The notes: a model not told the origin generated them from the sequence alone. 62,764 nt of DNA from an uncultured archaeon (GCA_964427055.1 CAYRSQ010000001.1:21250-84013); one strand, 5' to 3'. Numbered from the stretch's first letter, positions 45,916 to 55,757 are shown. A program made the numbers and translations.

Positions 45916-46542
45916 ATGGAAAAACCTGAAATAAGAAAAACTGGTACCACGACTGTAGGAATGGTTTGCAAGGAAGGAGTCATACTGGCTGCTGAAAAGA
46001 AATCCACAATGGGATATCTGGTTGCCAGCAAGGAAACCGAAAAGATACATGAATTGGACGAGAAAATTGCAATGACTATCGCTGGCTCTAGCGGGGACGC
46101 TCAAGCACTCGTTAGATACATGAAAGCGGAATTGAACTTATTCTCTATACAGAATCAAAGAAAACTTTCGGTGAAAGGTGCGGCTACATTGCTCTCAAAC
46201 CTTCTTCATAATGGCAGGTGGACTTTTATGCCTTACATGGTCCAGCTCATAATAGCAGGATACGATGAGGAAGGTGGACATATATTCAGTCTGGATGCCA
46301 TAGGAGCCTCTGAAGAAGAATCAAAATTCTTCTCTACTGGATCTGGTTCGCCATTCGCTCTAGGTGTGCTAGAAGACAACTTCAAGGAAGGGATAGATAT
46401 GGATGAAGGAGCTCGACTGGCGGTAAGAGCCATAAGAGCTGCAGTGGAAAGAGACATAGCATCTGGTGGAAAGGGAATAGACGTGGTCAAAATAACAGAG
46501 ACTGGAATAGAAAAGGAATCGTTCCCGATGAAGTCAGAATAG
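45916..46542 (+). CDS. psmB: proteasome beta subunit
   Basis: Propeptide MEKPEIRKTG, followed by the catalytic TTTVG. The ORF-track GTG at 45877 is an alternative start. Confidence 0.9.
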   Translation: MEKPEIRKTGTTTVGMVCKEGVILAAEKKSTMGYLVASKETEKIHELDEKIAMTIAGSSGDAQALVRYMKAELNLFSIQNQRKLSVKGAATLLSNLLHNGRWTFMPYMVQLIIAGYDEEGGHIFSLDAIGASEEESKFFSTGSGSPFALGVLEDNFKEGIDMDEGARLAVRAIRAAVERDIASGGKGIDVVKITETGIEKESFPMKSE

Positions 46543-46602
46543 TACACGCGCCAGACCGATCGAGTTTTATGAACTAACTATAGAAGTTTAGAGATAATCG
46601 CA

Positions 46603-48483
46603 GTGATATATGAAATGGAAATACTTGAAAAAGTTAAAGCTTCTTTGCCGAAAGAGGTGTTAAGCAGAGTTGAACTAGAAGGTTCGGAAATAATAGTATA
46701 CACGAAGAGTGAAGAATTTTTCCGAAACTATGAACAAACTATAAAAGAAGTAGTCAGCAATCTAAAGAAAAGAATAGAAGTTCGCCCAGAATCGTCTCTT
46801 GTAATGGAGCAGGAAGCTGCTAAGAAGAAGATAATGGAACTTGTGCCAGAAGATGCCAAGGTCAAAAACATCTATTTTGAAGAAGATAGAAGTTTGGTTA
46901 TCATAGCTGCAGAAAAACCCGGTCTAGTCATAGGAAGAGGCGGTGAAACTTTCAGACAAATCCGTTCATCGACCATGTGGGTACCTAGGATAGAACGGGT
47001 GCCTTCCATAAAATCTGAAATCGTGGAAGGCATAAGAAAAGTAATGCACACGAATTCAAAGTTCAGAAAGAAATTTTTGAATACCATAGGAGAAAACATA
47101 TTCTCCGAGAGGACCACGAACAGATATTGGATCAGAGTAATACCACTTGGAGGATTCAAGGAAGTTGGAAGATCATGTATGATAGTCGAGACTCCAAAAT
47201 CCAAAGTCTTGATGGATTGTGGAATCAGTTTAGGTGCAAGTGGATCAAACATGTATCCAATACTCCAAACCAAGGAATTTGATCCAAATGAAATAGATGC
47301 CATAATAGTGTCCCATGCGCATCTGGACCACTGCGGAATGGTACCCTATCTTTATGAATATGGTTACGATGGTCCCGTGTACTGCACTACACCGACAGTG
47401 GATCTCATGGCTATGTTATGGCTTGACTACATAGATGTCTGTCAGAGAAACGGAGTCAAACCTCCCTATACAGCATCCAGTGTCAAAACGACTGTCAAAC
47501 ATTCGATACCCTTGGAATATGGGGAGGTATCTGACGTAGCCCCCGATGTCAGATTGACTTTGCAAAATGCCGGACACATACTAGGGTCTTCATTGATACA
47601 TCTTCATATAGGAGAGGGCATGCACAACTTGGTGTGGGCATGTGACATGAAATATGCTAGAACGACATTATTTGAACCTGCATTCTCAGATTTTCAAAGG
47701 GTAGAAACGCTTGTACTTGAATCCACGTACGGTGGTTCACAAAACATTATGCCACATAGAAAAGAAGTAGAGACTCAATTGATGAAACTTATAAACACTA
47801 CGATGGAAAGAGGAGGCAGTGTCCTCATACCAACTTTCTCCATAGAAAGATCGCAAGATGTCATGGCGATTCTAGTTGAAAACGATTTCCAATATCCAGT
47901 TTTCATCGATGGCATGATATGGGACGCCACCGGCATATTCACAGCATATCCGGAATACATGTCGAAGGATATACAAAGGAAAATTTTCAATAACCAAGAT
48001 CCATTCATAAATCCGATATTCAAAAGAGTCGCATCGAGGGCTGATAGAGAGAAAGTTTGGGGAGAAAAACCTTCTGTAATTTTATCGACATCTGGAATGT
48101 TAGTTGGTGGACCAGCGATAGAACACCTAAAAGCGTTGGCTGAAGATGAAAAAAACATGCTATTGTTCGTGGGCTATCAGGCCGAGGGTACTCTGGGTAA
48201 ACGAATACAAAAGGGATGGAAAGAAATACAAATATCAAATGAGAATGGAAAGAGTACAAACATACAACTAAGGATGAATGTCCAGACAATCGATGGCCTT
48301 TCCGGGCATAGTGACAGAAACCAATTGTTAAACTTTGTAAACAGACTTCCTTCAAGACCTAATCATATCATAGTGGGCCATGGTGAACCTAGCAGATCGA
48401 TAGATCTGGCTAGAAGCATACATAAACTGTTTAGAATTGAAACTTCTGTACCGAGTAATCTTGAATCTATAAGGTTGAAATAA
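46603..48483 (+). CDS. aCPSF1 RNA-processing nuclease (KH domains + metallo-beta-lactamase + beta-CASP)
   Basis: N-terminal KH (GLVIGRGG), HAHLDHCG, and beta-CASP/C-terminal motifs. The ATG at 46615 is the more likely start. Confidence 0.9.
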   Translation: MIYEMEILEKVKASLPKEVLSRVELEGSEIIVYTKSEEFFRNYEQTIKEVVSNLKKRIEVRPESSLVMEQEAAKKKIMELVPEDAKVKNIYFEEDRSLVIIAAEKPGLVIGRGGETFRQIRSSTMWVPRIERVPSIKSEIVEGIRKVMHTNSKFRKKFLNTIGENIFSERTTNRYWIRVIPLGGFKEVGRSCMIVETPKSKVLMDCGISLGASGSNMYPILQTKEFDPNEIDAIIVSHAHLDHCGMVPYLYEYGYDGPVYCTTPTVDLMAMLWLDYIDVCQRNGVKPPYTASSVKTTVKHSIPLEYGEVSDVAPDVRLTLQNAGHILGSSLIHLHIGEGMHNLVWACDMKYARTTLFEPAFSDFQRVETLVLESTYGGSQNIMPHRKEVETQLMKLINTTMERGGSVLIPTFSIERSQDVMAILVENDFQYPVFIDGMIWDATGIFTAYPEYMSKDIQRKIFNNQDPFINPIFKRVASRADREKVWGEKPSVILSTSGMLVGGPAIEHLKALAEDEKNMLLFVGYQAEGTLGKRIQKGWKEIQISNENGKSTNIQLRMNVQTIDGLSGHSDRNQLLNFVNRLPSRPNHIIVGHGEPSRSIDLARSIHKLFRIETSVPSNLESIRLK

Positions 48484-48484
48484 C

Positions 48485-49771
48485 TCAAAAAGGGTAGCCA
48501 ACTCCAAAATTGAAACTATATATCTCAAACATATCTCTATTCTTGGTTTTGATATACGTCGTCCTATAGCCTACTCTCATATTCAATACTTCTTGGTTTT
48601 TGGATTCTTTATTGGAACTCCACAATAACAATGACGTCAACAAATGCTTGTCATCGTCTCCATAATTTTCGATGCCATCAGCAAGAGGACTGACCCATGC
48701 GACATTAGTCGACCCTAGTTCGTTCAGTATCACCACAGGATACGAAGATAATGAAAAGGTCTCCAGCAATATTCTATCTTCATTTGAATCATCGGGTTCT
48801 ACCTGTTTATGTATGTCGAAGTCTTCAAAATCATAATCTGATACGATAGACAAGCTTATTTTGGAATCACTATTTATGTAGCTCAAATGGAAGGTGTGTC
48901 CTCCTATAACTATGTTTTCCAGTTCACCGACAGATTGTGTGTAATCTTCACCACCGTTCGTATCAAACCAAACTCCATCATCACAGATACAAAATCCGTA
49001 ATCGTTTCCAGCAAAAGTAACTATCCCTTTATTATTAGGATTCAGGCATCCATCAAATTCACAGGTTTCGTCTGCATCCAACGGCATAGGAATCTTATAG
49101 AAATATTTCCATGGCTCATAAATCATGTCTGACGTTTCTATGGGATCCCTTGTAAACGTTGTCGGATTTCCTGTTTCATCTATAGAACCAATTAAATTCA
49201 AACCGAATAGGTTCGTCTGAACATTTCCAATTTGAGATACTTCCATGACTTCAATTATCCCATTTCCATCTGAAACGTATTCATTCAATACATTCTCGTA
49301 ATCATCGAGGTCTTTATATCCCCATATAAGAAGCGTGTCCGAATTCGATAGACATGAATCGGGTGTTGACATATCCGTGTAACAGAACTCTATATTCACA
49401 TTTCTATCGTTGAGCCGCAGTCCATTGACCCAGTCATTCATCTCTGAAATGACGGACGGATCGTCACACGCTATCAATATATCGTTTCCTATTCCACCTG
49501 TAACGTCATACCATAGTATGAGATTCGTATTTGGAAAGATATTCTCTATAAAATTTTCCATTTCAACCGAATCGAAAGCATATTCATGTAACTTATCCGT
49601 TCTTTCCAAAACTAAAACAGCGTCTCTTGACAGAAGAATTCCGTAAGCATCTTCCCATCTGTTGTCATAGCTCTTATTCGGGAAGAAGATATTGAATGAC
49701 ACTATCAGTATAGTCATTACGATGACTAATTCTATAACATTTATCACTCCTTTTTCTCGTATATCAATCAT
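48485..49771 (-). CDS. large pilin-like/N-terminally anchored acidic Cys-containing protein (last gene of the pilus operon)
   Basis: N-terminus REKG/VINVIELVIVMTILIV resembles a prepilin leader. 428 aa, seven Cys, many Asp/Glu/Asn. No known domain recognised. Confidence 0.55.
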   Translation of the reverse strand: MIDIREKGVINVIELVIVMTILIVSFNIFFPNKSYDNRWEDAYGILLSRDAVLVLERTDKLHEYAFDSVEMENFIENIFPNTNLILWYDVTGGIGNDILIACDDPSVISEMNDWVNGLRLNDRNVNIEFCYTDMSTPDSCLSNSDTLLIWGYKDLDDYENVLNEYVSDGNGIIEVMEVSQIGNVQTNLFGLNLIGSIDETGNPTTFTRDPIETSDMIYEPWKYFYKIPMPLDADETCEFDGCLNPNNKGIVTFAGNDYGFCICDDGVWFDTNGGEDYTQSVGELENIVIGGHTFHLSYINSDSKISLSIVSDYDFEDFDIHKQVEPDDSNEDRILLETFSLSSYPVVILNELGSTNVAWVSPLADGIENYGDDDKHLLTSLLLWSSNKESKNQEVLNMRVGYRTTYIKTKNRDMFEIYSFNFGVGYPF

Positions 49772-49783
49772 TTAGGTTACCAT

Positions 49784-50284
49784 CTAAATTATATCTACTG
49801 TGAGATTGCCAAAACTTCCAGAATCGAACGTTATCAATCTCGTCATCGAAGCTTTCACATTCTCTTCATCATAACTACCACATTCCACATCGTCAAATGT
49901 ACCTTCCATACTCTTTATCAAAATATGGTAATTGTACGAGATTCCCATAAGTTCCTTGACATCATAATATCCGTTGCCCTGGCACAGTTCGCCCAATCTA
50001 GTGATTTTGTTTTCGGACAATAGGTTTGTCTTATTCTGATAATGATTGGATAATCCCACTCGTTCAACTTGACCAAGGTCCAAAGTGTCCCAGTTCAATG
50101 GGTGACCTGGATCGTTTATCAAAAGTTCACTTATCCTGTAACATTCCGATCTATAAATCTCCGCCTTTACTTCTTCCAGATAATTGGGCTTTTCCTCTAT
50201 CATCCTGAAGGCGTAATAAGTTGTGAATGCCATAAAAATAACTATTACTGTCAAATATTCGAGACTGAACAACCCTTTTTTCAC
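49784..50284 (-). CDS. pilin-like protein with a bacterial-style Glu+5
   Basis: N-terminus MKKG/LFSLEYLTVIVIFMAFTTYYAF has G then Glu at +5, followed by a hydrophobic helix. Confidence 0.6.
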   Translation of the reverse strand: MKKGLFSLEYLTVIVIFMAFTTYYAFRMIEEKPNYLEEVKAEIYRSECYRISELLINDPGHPLNWDTLDLGQVERVGLSNHYQNKTNLLSENKITRLGELCQGNGYYDVKELMGISYNYHILIKSMEGTFDDVECGSYDEENVKASMTRLITFDSGSFGNLTVDII

Positions 50285-50300
50285 GAAACCACCACTAAAC

Positions 50301-51311
50301 CTATACTCCCATTAGTCCAAAATAAATCATCAGGTAAAAAGTCCCAAAAGTTATGGACAGCATTACCAGACTATGTTTTATTCCGGCTCTTACGGAATTC
50401 TCCCCTATTTGGCCTGCAACAAGCCCTGAGAATATGGATTGTATTATACTCATATAGAAGAACAGCGCGACGTAATATGCCGAAATGCTGGTAGGGTCTA
50501 TAGAGAAGAGCATGGATGAGGTTCCCTTATATATGGAACATATAGCATCCATCGTTCCATAGTTAACCAATTCACACGGGTTACCTATGCCGAATTCCGT
50601 CGCTGACCTGGAAGAGATTTCAAATATAGGCATCATAAGATTATTTATGGCGACGACTATTCCTATGAATACAAAAGATATTGCATACATCAAAAGAACG
50701 TATTGATTCAACAAACTCTTTCTCTCCTTCTCGGTATCTGACAATACGTTGGAATTCTCGGTTATGGTTTCAAGTGTAAGTATAACGTCTCCTCCAGATA
50801 GGTGAGCCTCTCTCACTGTCTTCACGCTAGTGTATAGACGTTTGCTCCTCTTTGTTCTGGTCGCGAATTGTTCCAATACAGTTTCAAGCGGAACTCCCCA
50901 GCTCAATTGATTGGCCATTTTTCTTATTTCAGGGGATAATTTTCCATAATCGAACTCGCTTACAGAAAGTATGGATTTATGTAGAGGCATGCCCGAACTC
51001 AACATCTCTATGACGTCTCTCATGAATAATGGGAACTTCTCTTCCATTTCCTTGAGGTCTACATAACGTTCGTATATAAAAATGAATTGAGGTATCGCGA
51101 CAATGAAAGTAGAAAGTAGGATTGAATTTGCCAATATTCCATAATTCTTTGAGAATATAGCAGATAATATCAGAACCAAAGAAATTATCAGAGATACTAT
51201 CAGAGTTTTCATGTCCTTGGATAAATTAGATATATCGAATCCTTTCAGTTTGTCAATTTTGATTCTATTCAGACTGTGGGCGTTCATTGGTTCATTCGAC
51301 TTCTTCTTCAT
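50301..51311 (-). CDS. type II secretion system F-domain membrane protein (TadC/FlaJ-like)
   Basis: Has the cytoplasmic helical T2SSF-domain pattern (FPLFMRDVIEMLSSGMPLHKSI...). TM helices flank it on both sides. Confidence 0.75.
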   Translation of the reverse strand: MKKKSNEPMNAHSLNRIKIDKLKGFDISNLSKDMKTLIVSLIISLVLILSAIFSKNYGILANSILLSTFIVAIPQFIFIYERYVDLKEMEEKFPLFMRDVIEMLSSGMPLHKSILSVSEFDYGKLSPEIRKMANQLSWGVPLETVLEQFATRTKRSKRLYTSVKTVREAHLSGGDVILTLETITENSNVLSDTEKERKSLLNQYVLLMYAISFVFIGIVVAINNLMMPIFEISSRSATEFGIGNPCELVNYGTMDAICSIYKGTSSMLFSIDPTSISAYYVALFFYMSIIQSIFSGLVAGQIGENSVRAGIKHSLVMLSITFGTFYLMIYFGLMGV

Positions 51312-51317
51312 TATAAT

Positions 51318-52193
51318 CTACTCCTGTCCAGGTGTCATCGTCTTGACGAATATTATAAACAGCGTGGATATCAGTGGCATAAAGACGAATATCAAAAGAA
51401 ATTGAAGCACGATTATGCTTGAAGTTTGAATGGCTTCACTCATACCACTTATTATAGAAGTTAGTATGGTGAAGAAAATTGCTCCTACAACTATAAGCGT
51501 AAGATAGATCTCTATGTAAAGTGTCAGTTGATGAGAAAACTCGTAAAGTTGCCTCCTGTAATCATTTGTCAAGTTCGCCGCAGCCTCTCTGAGATATACG
51601 TGCAAACTGCTTCCAGTTCGTATAGTGGACAACATCCCCCAAAGAAGCTCCTTTAATTCCTTGGATGGAGATCGTTCCACTGCGCGTTCCAGTGCAGTAC
51701 TGGTGTCCAATCCGAAGACATCAATCTCGTTGCTGATCAGCTCTATTTCTTCTGTCAGGTCTCCGTAGTCGCTCAATTTGGAAAAAATTTCAAAAACTTT
51801 ATGGAGAGGGAGTTTAGTGCTCGCCACAGTCGACAGATACAACGTTGCAAAAGGCAATACATTGTTTATATTCCTCTCTTTCTCTCCTATTATCAATTTC
51901 GGGTAGTTAAGTACTAAGGCAAAAGCCGCTATCGTCAATGCCAATGAAACAGTGAAAGAACTCACAAAACTGAATAGGAACGTTTTGAAAACAAGGCCGA
52001 ATATGAATGATAATACGGGGAATCCTATCACGAAGATTATGAAAGCCGTCATTATTGCGATGCTTATGTATTCTTGTACTGAAAGTTTGATTCTAGCTTT
52101 CTTGAGATTGACCTTGACATCTATGAAATATCCTGAAATATTTTCACTAATCTGACTGAAAAATCTGAAAGCTAATTTACTATAAGAGCTCAT
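51318..52193 (-). CDS. type II secretion system F-domain membrane protein (TadB/FlaJ-like)
   Basis: T2SSF-domain pattern: LPFATLYLSTVASTKLPLHKVF...TALERAVERSPSKELKELLWGMLSTIRTGSSL. Ends 6 nt upstream of the second T2SSF gene. Confidence 0.75.
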   Translation of the reverse strand: MSSYSKLAFRFFSQISENISGYFIDVKVNLKKARIKLSVQEYISIAIMTAFIIFVIGFPVLSFIFGLVFKTFLFSFVSSFTVSLALTIAAFALVLNYPKLIIGEKERNINNVLPFATLYLSTVASTKLPLHKVFEIFSKLSDYGDLTEEIELISNEIDVFGLDTSTALERAVERSPSKELKELLWGMLSTIRTGSSLHVYLREAAANLTNDYRRQLYEFSHQLTLYIEIYLTLIVVGAIFFTILTSIISGMSEAIQTSSIIVLQFLLIFVFMPLISTLFIIFVKTMTPGQE

Positions 52194-52230
52194 TATTACA
52201 CCACTACAAAAATTCAGATAGGATGCGAAA

Positions 52231-54000
52231 TCACATCCTTTCCAGTATCATAGAGATTGTTTTCTGTGGATAATTATAATACATGTCTATAAGTTTTGAT
52301 ACGTCCTTGAAGTCTAATATATGGTTATCGGCCATCCAGCTCAAGACCAGCATCCTTCTTTCAAGTTCCTCGGTGATTTCCTTTTCAGACATGCCTGTTC
52401 TATTCGCCACTTTCTTCAGTATATAGCTCCCTCTCGGATTTTCGAATTTGTCGGTTTCGGAATTCCACTTAAATATTCTGTTGACTACGGGAATTTTCTT
52501 ATCCTCGTTATACTCTATTATTTCGACTGCCTCGGTCACTCTCCTGACAAAATTACCTTTGTATTTCATCCTCGCAAGGAACACTACTAGGTCCAAGCTC
52601 CCGATAAGGTTTGGCTGAAGTGATATCGGGGGTGTGGTGAGTCTGTCCATAAGTTTAGGAGTGTTTTCAGCATGTATAGTCGCCAGAGATGGATGTCCTG
52701 TGGCCATCTGCTGGAATAAAATATAAGCTTCGGGTCCTCTTACTTCACCTACAATAATATAATCTGGTCTCTGCCTCATGCTTTCTTTGAGCAAATCGAA
52801 TAAATCCACATCTCCTCTTTTCTCTTTATTTTCGGATATTGGTACCCTTGCGACGACTGGAACCCAATGGGGATGGGGCAACTGGAGTTCCGCTGTATCC
52901 TCTATTGAAACTATCTTCTTGTCAGAACGTATGAAAAGCGACAATACATTTAATAGAGTAGTTTTACCGGAAGCTGTTCCTCCACATACCAATATGCTGA
53001 ACCCTTGGTCTACTACAAGCCAAAGATAAGCCAAGGTCTTCACATCAGCAGTGCCATAGGAAATAAGATGTATTGGAGTTAATGGTGTCTTTGTGAATTT
53101 TCTTATTGTGAAATTACTCCCCCTTCTAGCTATATCGGTAGCCAATGTCGCCTGAAGTCTACTACCATCTGGAAGACTGCCATCCACTAGAGGATCGGCG
53201 ACTGAAATCGTTTTACCACATAATTGAGACAACCTTGCTGCAAATGAGTCCAGTTCTTTCGAATTATCATACGTTATATTGGTTGGGATAGAACCTAGTT
53301 TTGGGTTTCTATGGAAAACGAATATAGGTAATCCTACACCATCACAGCTTATATCTTCTATATTGTCATCTCTCAGGATGGGCTCTATCTTGCCCAATCC
53401 CATGAAGTCCCTCTCTATGTAATATTTCAGTATTTTTTTCTCGGATTCGGTGACTCTGAAATCAAAATAATTTATAAGCTCGTTCATTTCTTTGTAAAGA
53501 TAATCCATGGCTTCGAATTTCTTCAACTTCGAAAAGTCCACGTCGAGTCTTTGTTCCAATAGATTTTTGACTTTGTCCAGTATCTTAACGAGGTTGGGTG
53601 TTAGTTTGGGCTCTATCAAGTAGTAGACGTACTTATGTTGATTGTTATCCCACAAAATTCTGGCGTGGGCAAACACGGGTTCCCCTTTATTGGGTTTTAG
53701 TGGTATGAGAGGGTATATCAAAGGCCTCAGTTTAGCATCCTGCATCTCGCTTTTCCCTAGCGTCACTTTCGAAGGTTTGAATTCTGGTATTTCAAAACCT
53801 GATATTTCCACTTGTTCCATTCTGCTGTCATTGATATCTTTGGAATTTCCAGAACCAGAGGTTGTTTCAGACTTTACATTAACGCTACTAGAGTCGATTA
53901 TCAACTGAGATGGCACTACAACTTTTCTCTCTTCCTGATCCAACTTATTTACTATCCTGTATCCTGATATCAGTCTATTGAAAATTTTCTTATTCATCAT
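52231..54000 (-). CDS. FlaI/TadA/VirB11-family secretion ATPase
   Basis: Walker A CGGTASGKTTLLN, Asp box/Walker B IIVGEVRGPEA, His box, and the archaeal-type N-terminal domain (YYLIEP). Confidence 0.9.
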   Translation of the reverse strand: MMNKKIFNRLISGYRIVNKLDQEERKVVVPSQLIIDSSSVNVKSETTSGSGNSKDINDSRMEQVEISGFEIPEFKPSKVTLGKSEMQDAKLRPLIYPLIPLKPNKGEPVFAHARILWDNNQHKYVYYLIEPKLTPNLVKILDKVKNLLEQRLDVDFSKLKKFEAMDYLYKEMNELINYFDFRVTESEKKILKYYIERDFMGLGKIEPILRDDNIEDISCDGVGLPIFVFHRNPKLGSIPTNITYDNSKELDSFAARLSQLCGKTISVADPLVDGSLPDGSRLQATLATDIARRGSNFTIRKFTKTPLTPIHLISYGTADVKTLAYLWLVVDQGFSILVCGGTASGKTTLLNVLSLFIRSDKKIVSIEDTAELQLPHPHWVPVVARVPISENKEKRGDVDLFDLLKESMRQRPDYIIVGEVRGPEAYILFQQMATGHPSLATIHAENTPKLMDRLTTPPISLQPNLIGSLDLVVFLARMKYKGNFVRRVTEAVEIIEYNEDKKIPVVNRIFKWNSETDKFENPRGSYILKKVANRTGMSEKEITEELERRMLVLSWMADNHILDFKDVSKLIDMYYNYPQKTISMILERM

Positions 54001-54440
54001 TTTATCTCTAATTTATTTTGGTTTCTGTCATATGTTAAATTTATTGGTTCTCCCGAATAGGTAGAACCGTCCATATCGGTTATGCTCTCCTTGAGGTTGT
54101 GTATACTGGAAATGTATTCAAAACTTTTCGGGGAGGTGGATACATTAAGACCATTGATTTCATCCAGAGATATCACAAGAAAATACCCGAATGTCGTGTC
54201 ACTAAGCTTTATCTTGCTTTCAATGCTCGTGCAACTTTTACATGAGTTCACCGAATTCAGTATTATCGAGGAAATGTAACCATTTATCATCTCGACCGAG
54301 TAAATGGAAACGTCTTTCCTAAGGTATTCAGACTGTAACCTGAAAAAGTTTCCGACTGCTGTAAAGATAGCCATACCCACTATGAAAAACAGTATGAACT
54401 GCAAGATACTGGATTGACCCTTAAATGACAATTTACTCAT
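53997..54440 (-). CDS. archaeal type IV pilin-like protein
   Basis: N-terminus MSKLSFKG/QSSILQFILFFIVGMAIFTAV. Its stop overlaps the ATPase gene's ATG (ATGA-type overlap). Confidence 0.7.
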   Translation of the reverse strand: MSKLSFKGQSSILQFILFFIVGMAIFTAVGNFFRLQSEYLRKDVSIYSVEMINGYISSIILNSVNSCKSCTSIESKIKLSDTTFGYFLVISLDEINGLNVSTSPKSFEYISSIHNLKESITDMDGSTYSGEPINLTYDRNQNKLEIK

Positions 54441-55111
54441 AATAAAAGTATTTTGATTTCTGTCGTAATTAACGTTTTCCCAGACTGTGACCCGGTAGTC
54501 ACTCCATTCTTTATGATTTTCACGATATTCGTGTTCTTGATTAATTCCCCGCTTTCATGTTTAACCAGACCTATTTCCCATATCTTCGTATCAGAATAGT
54601 CATAAAGTTCCCTGAACCACAACCTGTAGGTCATGTTGAACCCTTCGCCGAATGGTTCAGATTTTGCACATACAACGTACGAATCGTCTATTCCAACCGA
54701 ACCTGCGACTGGGGGACAGCTTCCACCAGAACTCATCGATATCCATCCTATATCATTCTCGACTGTCGATACTGCGATATTAGACACTTTGCTTGTCGTG
54801 ACGAATTGAAGAATGTCATATTCAGTGCATCCATCCCCCTGATCGGCGGAAGTGCAAGTCAGCGACCAGAGACCATCAACCGTGGAGATGAATGTCTCTT
54901 GACCACCGTTTTTTGCGACAAACTCCATTTTCCTTCCTATCGAGTCTGAATTTTCCGGGTTGAAATAATCGTAAATTCGTTCGGATGTAGTCGTATCTTG
55001 ACGTTTGCTTATCATCGGAAGTCCCCAGTTGAGGGCAGTCCCAAGAAGACCGGCACTCATCAATAATATCAATACCACGGCAATTATCTCAGAAACTCCT
55101 TTATTCTTCAT
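54437..55111 (-). CDS. archaeal type IV pilin-like protein (likely major subunit candidate)
   Basis: N-terminus MKNKG/VSEIIAVVLILLMSAGLLGTAL. Four Cys. 4-nt overlap with the next pilin gene. Confidence 0.75.
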   Translation of the reverse strand: MKNKGVSEIIAVVLILLMSAGLLGTALNWGLPMISKRQDTTTSERIYDYFNPENSDSIGRKMEFVAKNGGQETFISTVDGLWSLTCTSADQGDGCTEYDILQFVTTSKVSNIAVSTVENDIGWISMSSGGSCPPVAGSVGIDDSYVVCAKSEPFGEGFNMTYRLWFRELYDYSDTKIWEIGLVKHESGELIKNTNIVKIIKNGVTTGSQSGKTLITTEIKILLL

Positions 55112-55149
55112 AACTTAATTTTGGTTTCTAGAAATTAAAAACTGAAAGT

Positions 55150-55641
55150 TTATCCAAATCTTTTTTTGAAAGGAGGCAATTTTCTCATAGGGGTCCTTGG
55201 TGGTAAGTTTTCTCTTTTCAATTTGGTGGTCAGTTGATCCATAGTCGACATCATCGTCTCGTTGCTTTCGACTATCTTCTTATTGCCTTCTATGAGCTGA
55301 TCCATTTTGTTGAGCAAAGGGTCTAAATTGCTCCCAGAACTGGTACTTGAATCATTTCCAGCCGGTCCTGCGGCAGCTTTTATGTAAGAAATGAGTTCAT
55401 CAAGGTTGCATATCATCTCATCGAGCTTACCAGGCAATTTTGATATCTCTATTCTCAGCGCATCGTTCGCTCTTGCGAGTTCGTCTACTATCTGCTGGTT
55501 CATACGTATAATTTCAACCAATTCACTAAAGAATTTGCTAGAGTCGAAGTTCTCCTTGCCACCTTCCAATAGTTCCAACCTTCTCTCCAAACGTCGTATC
55601 GGAGATATAGGAATTAATTCAAATTCTTCTTCTTCTGGCAT
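55150..55641 (-). CDS. hypothetical soluble coiled-coil protein, first gene of the pilus operon
   Basis: 163 aa with heptad-like Leu/Ile spacing, no TM segment, and a basic C-terminus. Lies 38 nt upstream of the first pilin gene. Confidence 0.5.
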   Translation of the reverse strand: MPEEEEFELIPISPIRRLERRLELLEGGKENFDSSKFFSELVEIIRMNQQIVDELARANDALRIEISKLPGKLDEMICNLDELISYIKAAAGPAGNDSSTSSGSNLDPLLNKMDQLIEGNKKIVESNETMMSTMDQLTTKLKRENLPPRTPMRKLPPFKKRFG

Positions 55642-55687
55642 TTGTTCACCGATAAAGCAATACTACTATACTAATTCTCCTTCTTTC

Positions 55688-55696
55688 TATATTAAA
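55688..55696 (-). promoter_or_regulatory. candidate TATA box for the pilus operon
   Basis: TTTAATATA on the minus strand, about 47 nt upstream of the ATG at 55641. Confidence 0.25.
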
Positions 55697-55757
55697 TTTC
55701 TAGAACTAGGTAAATAAAGGTTTTTAGAAAAGAAAAAAGCTAAAATGTATTCAGAGA

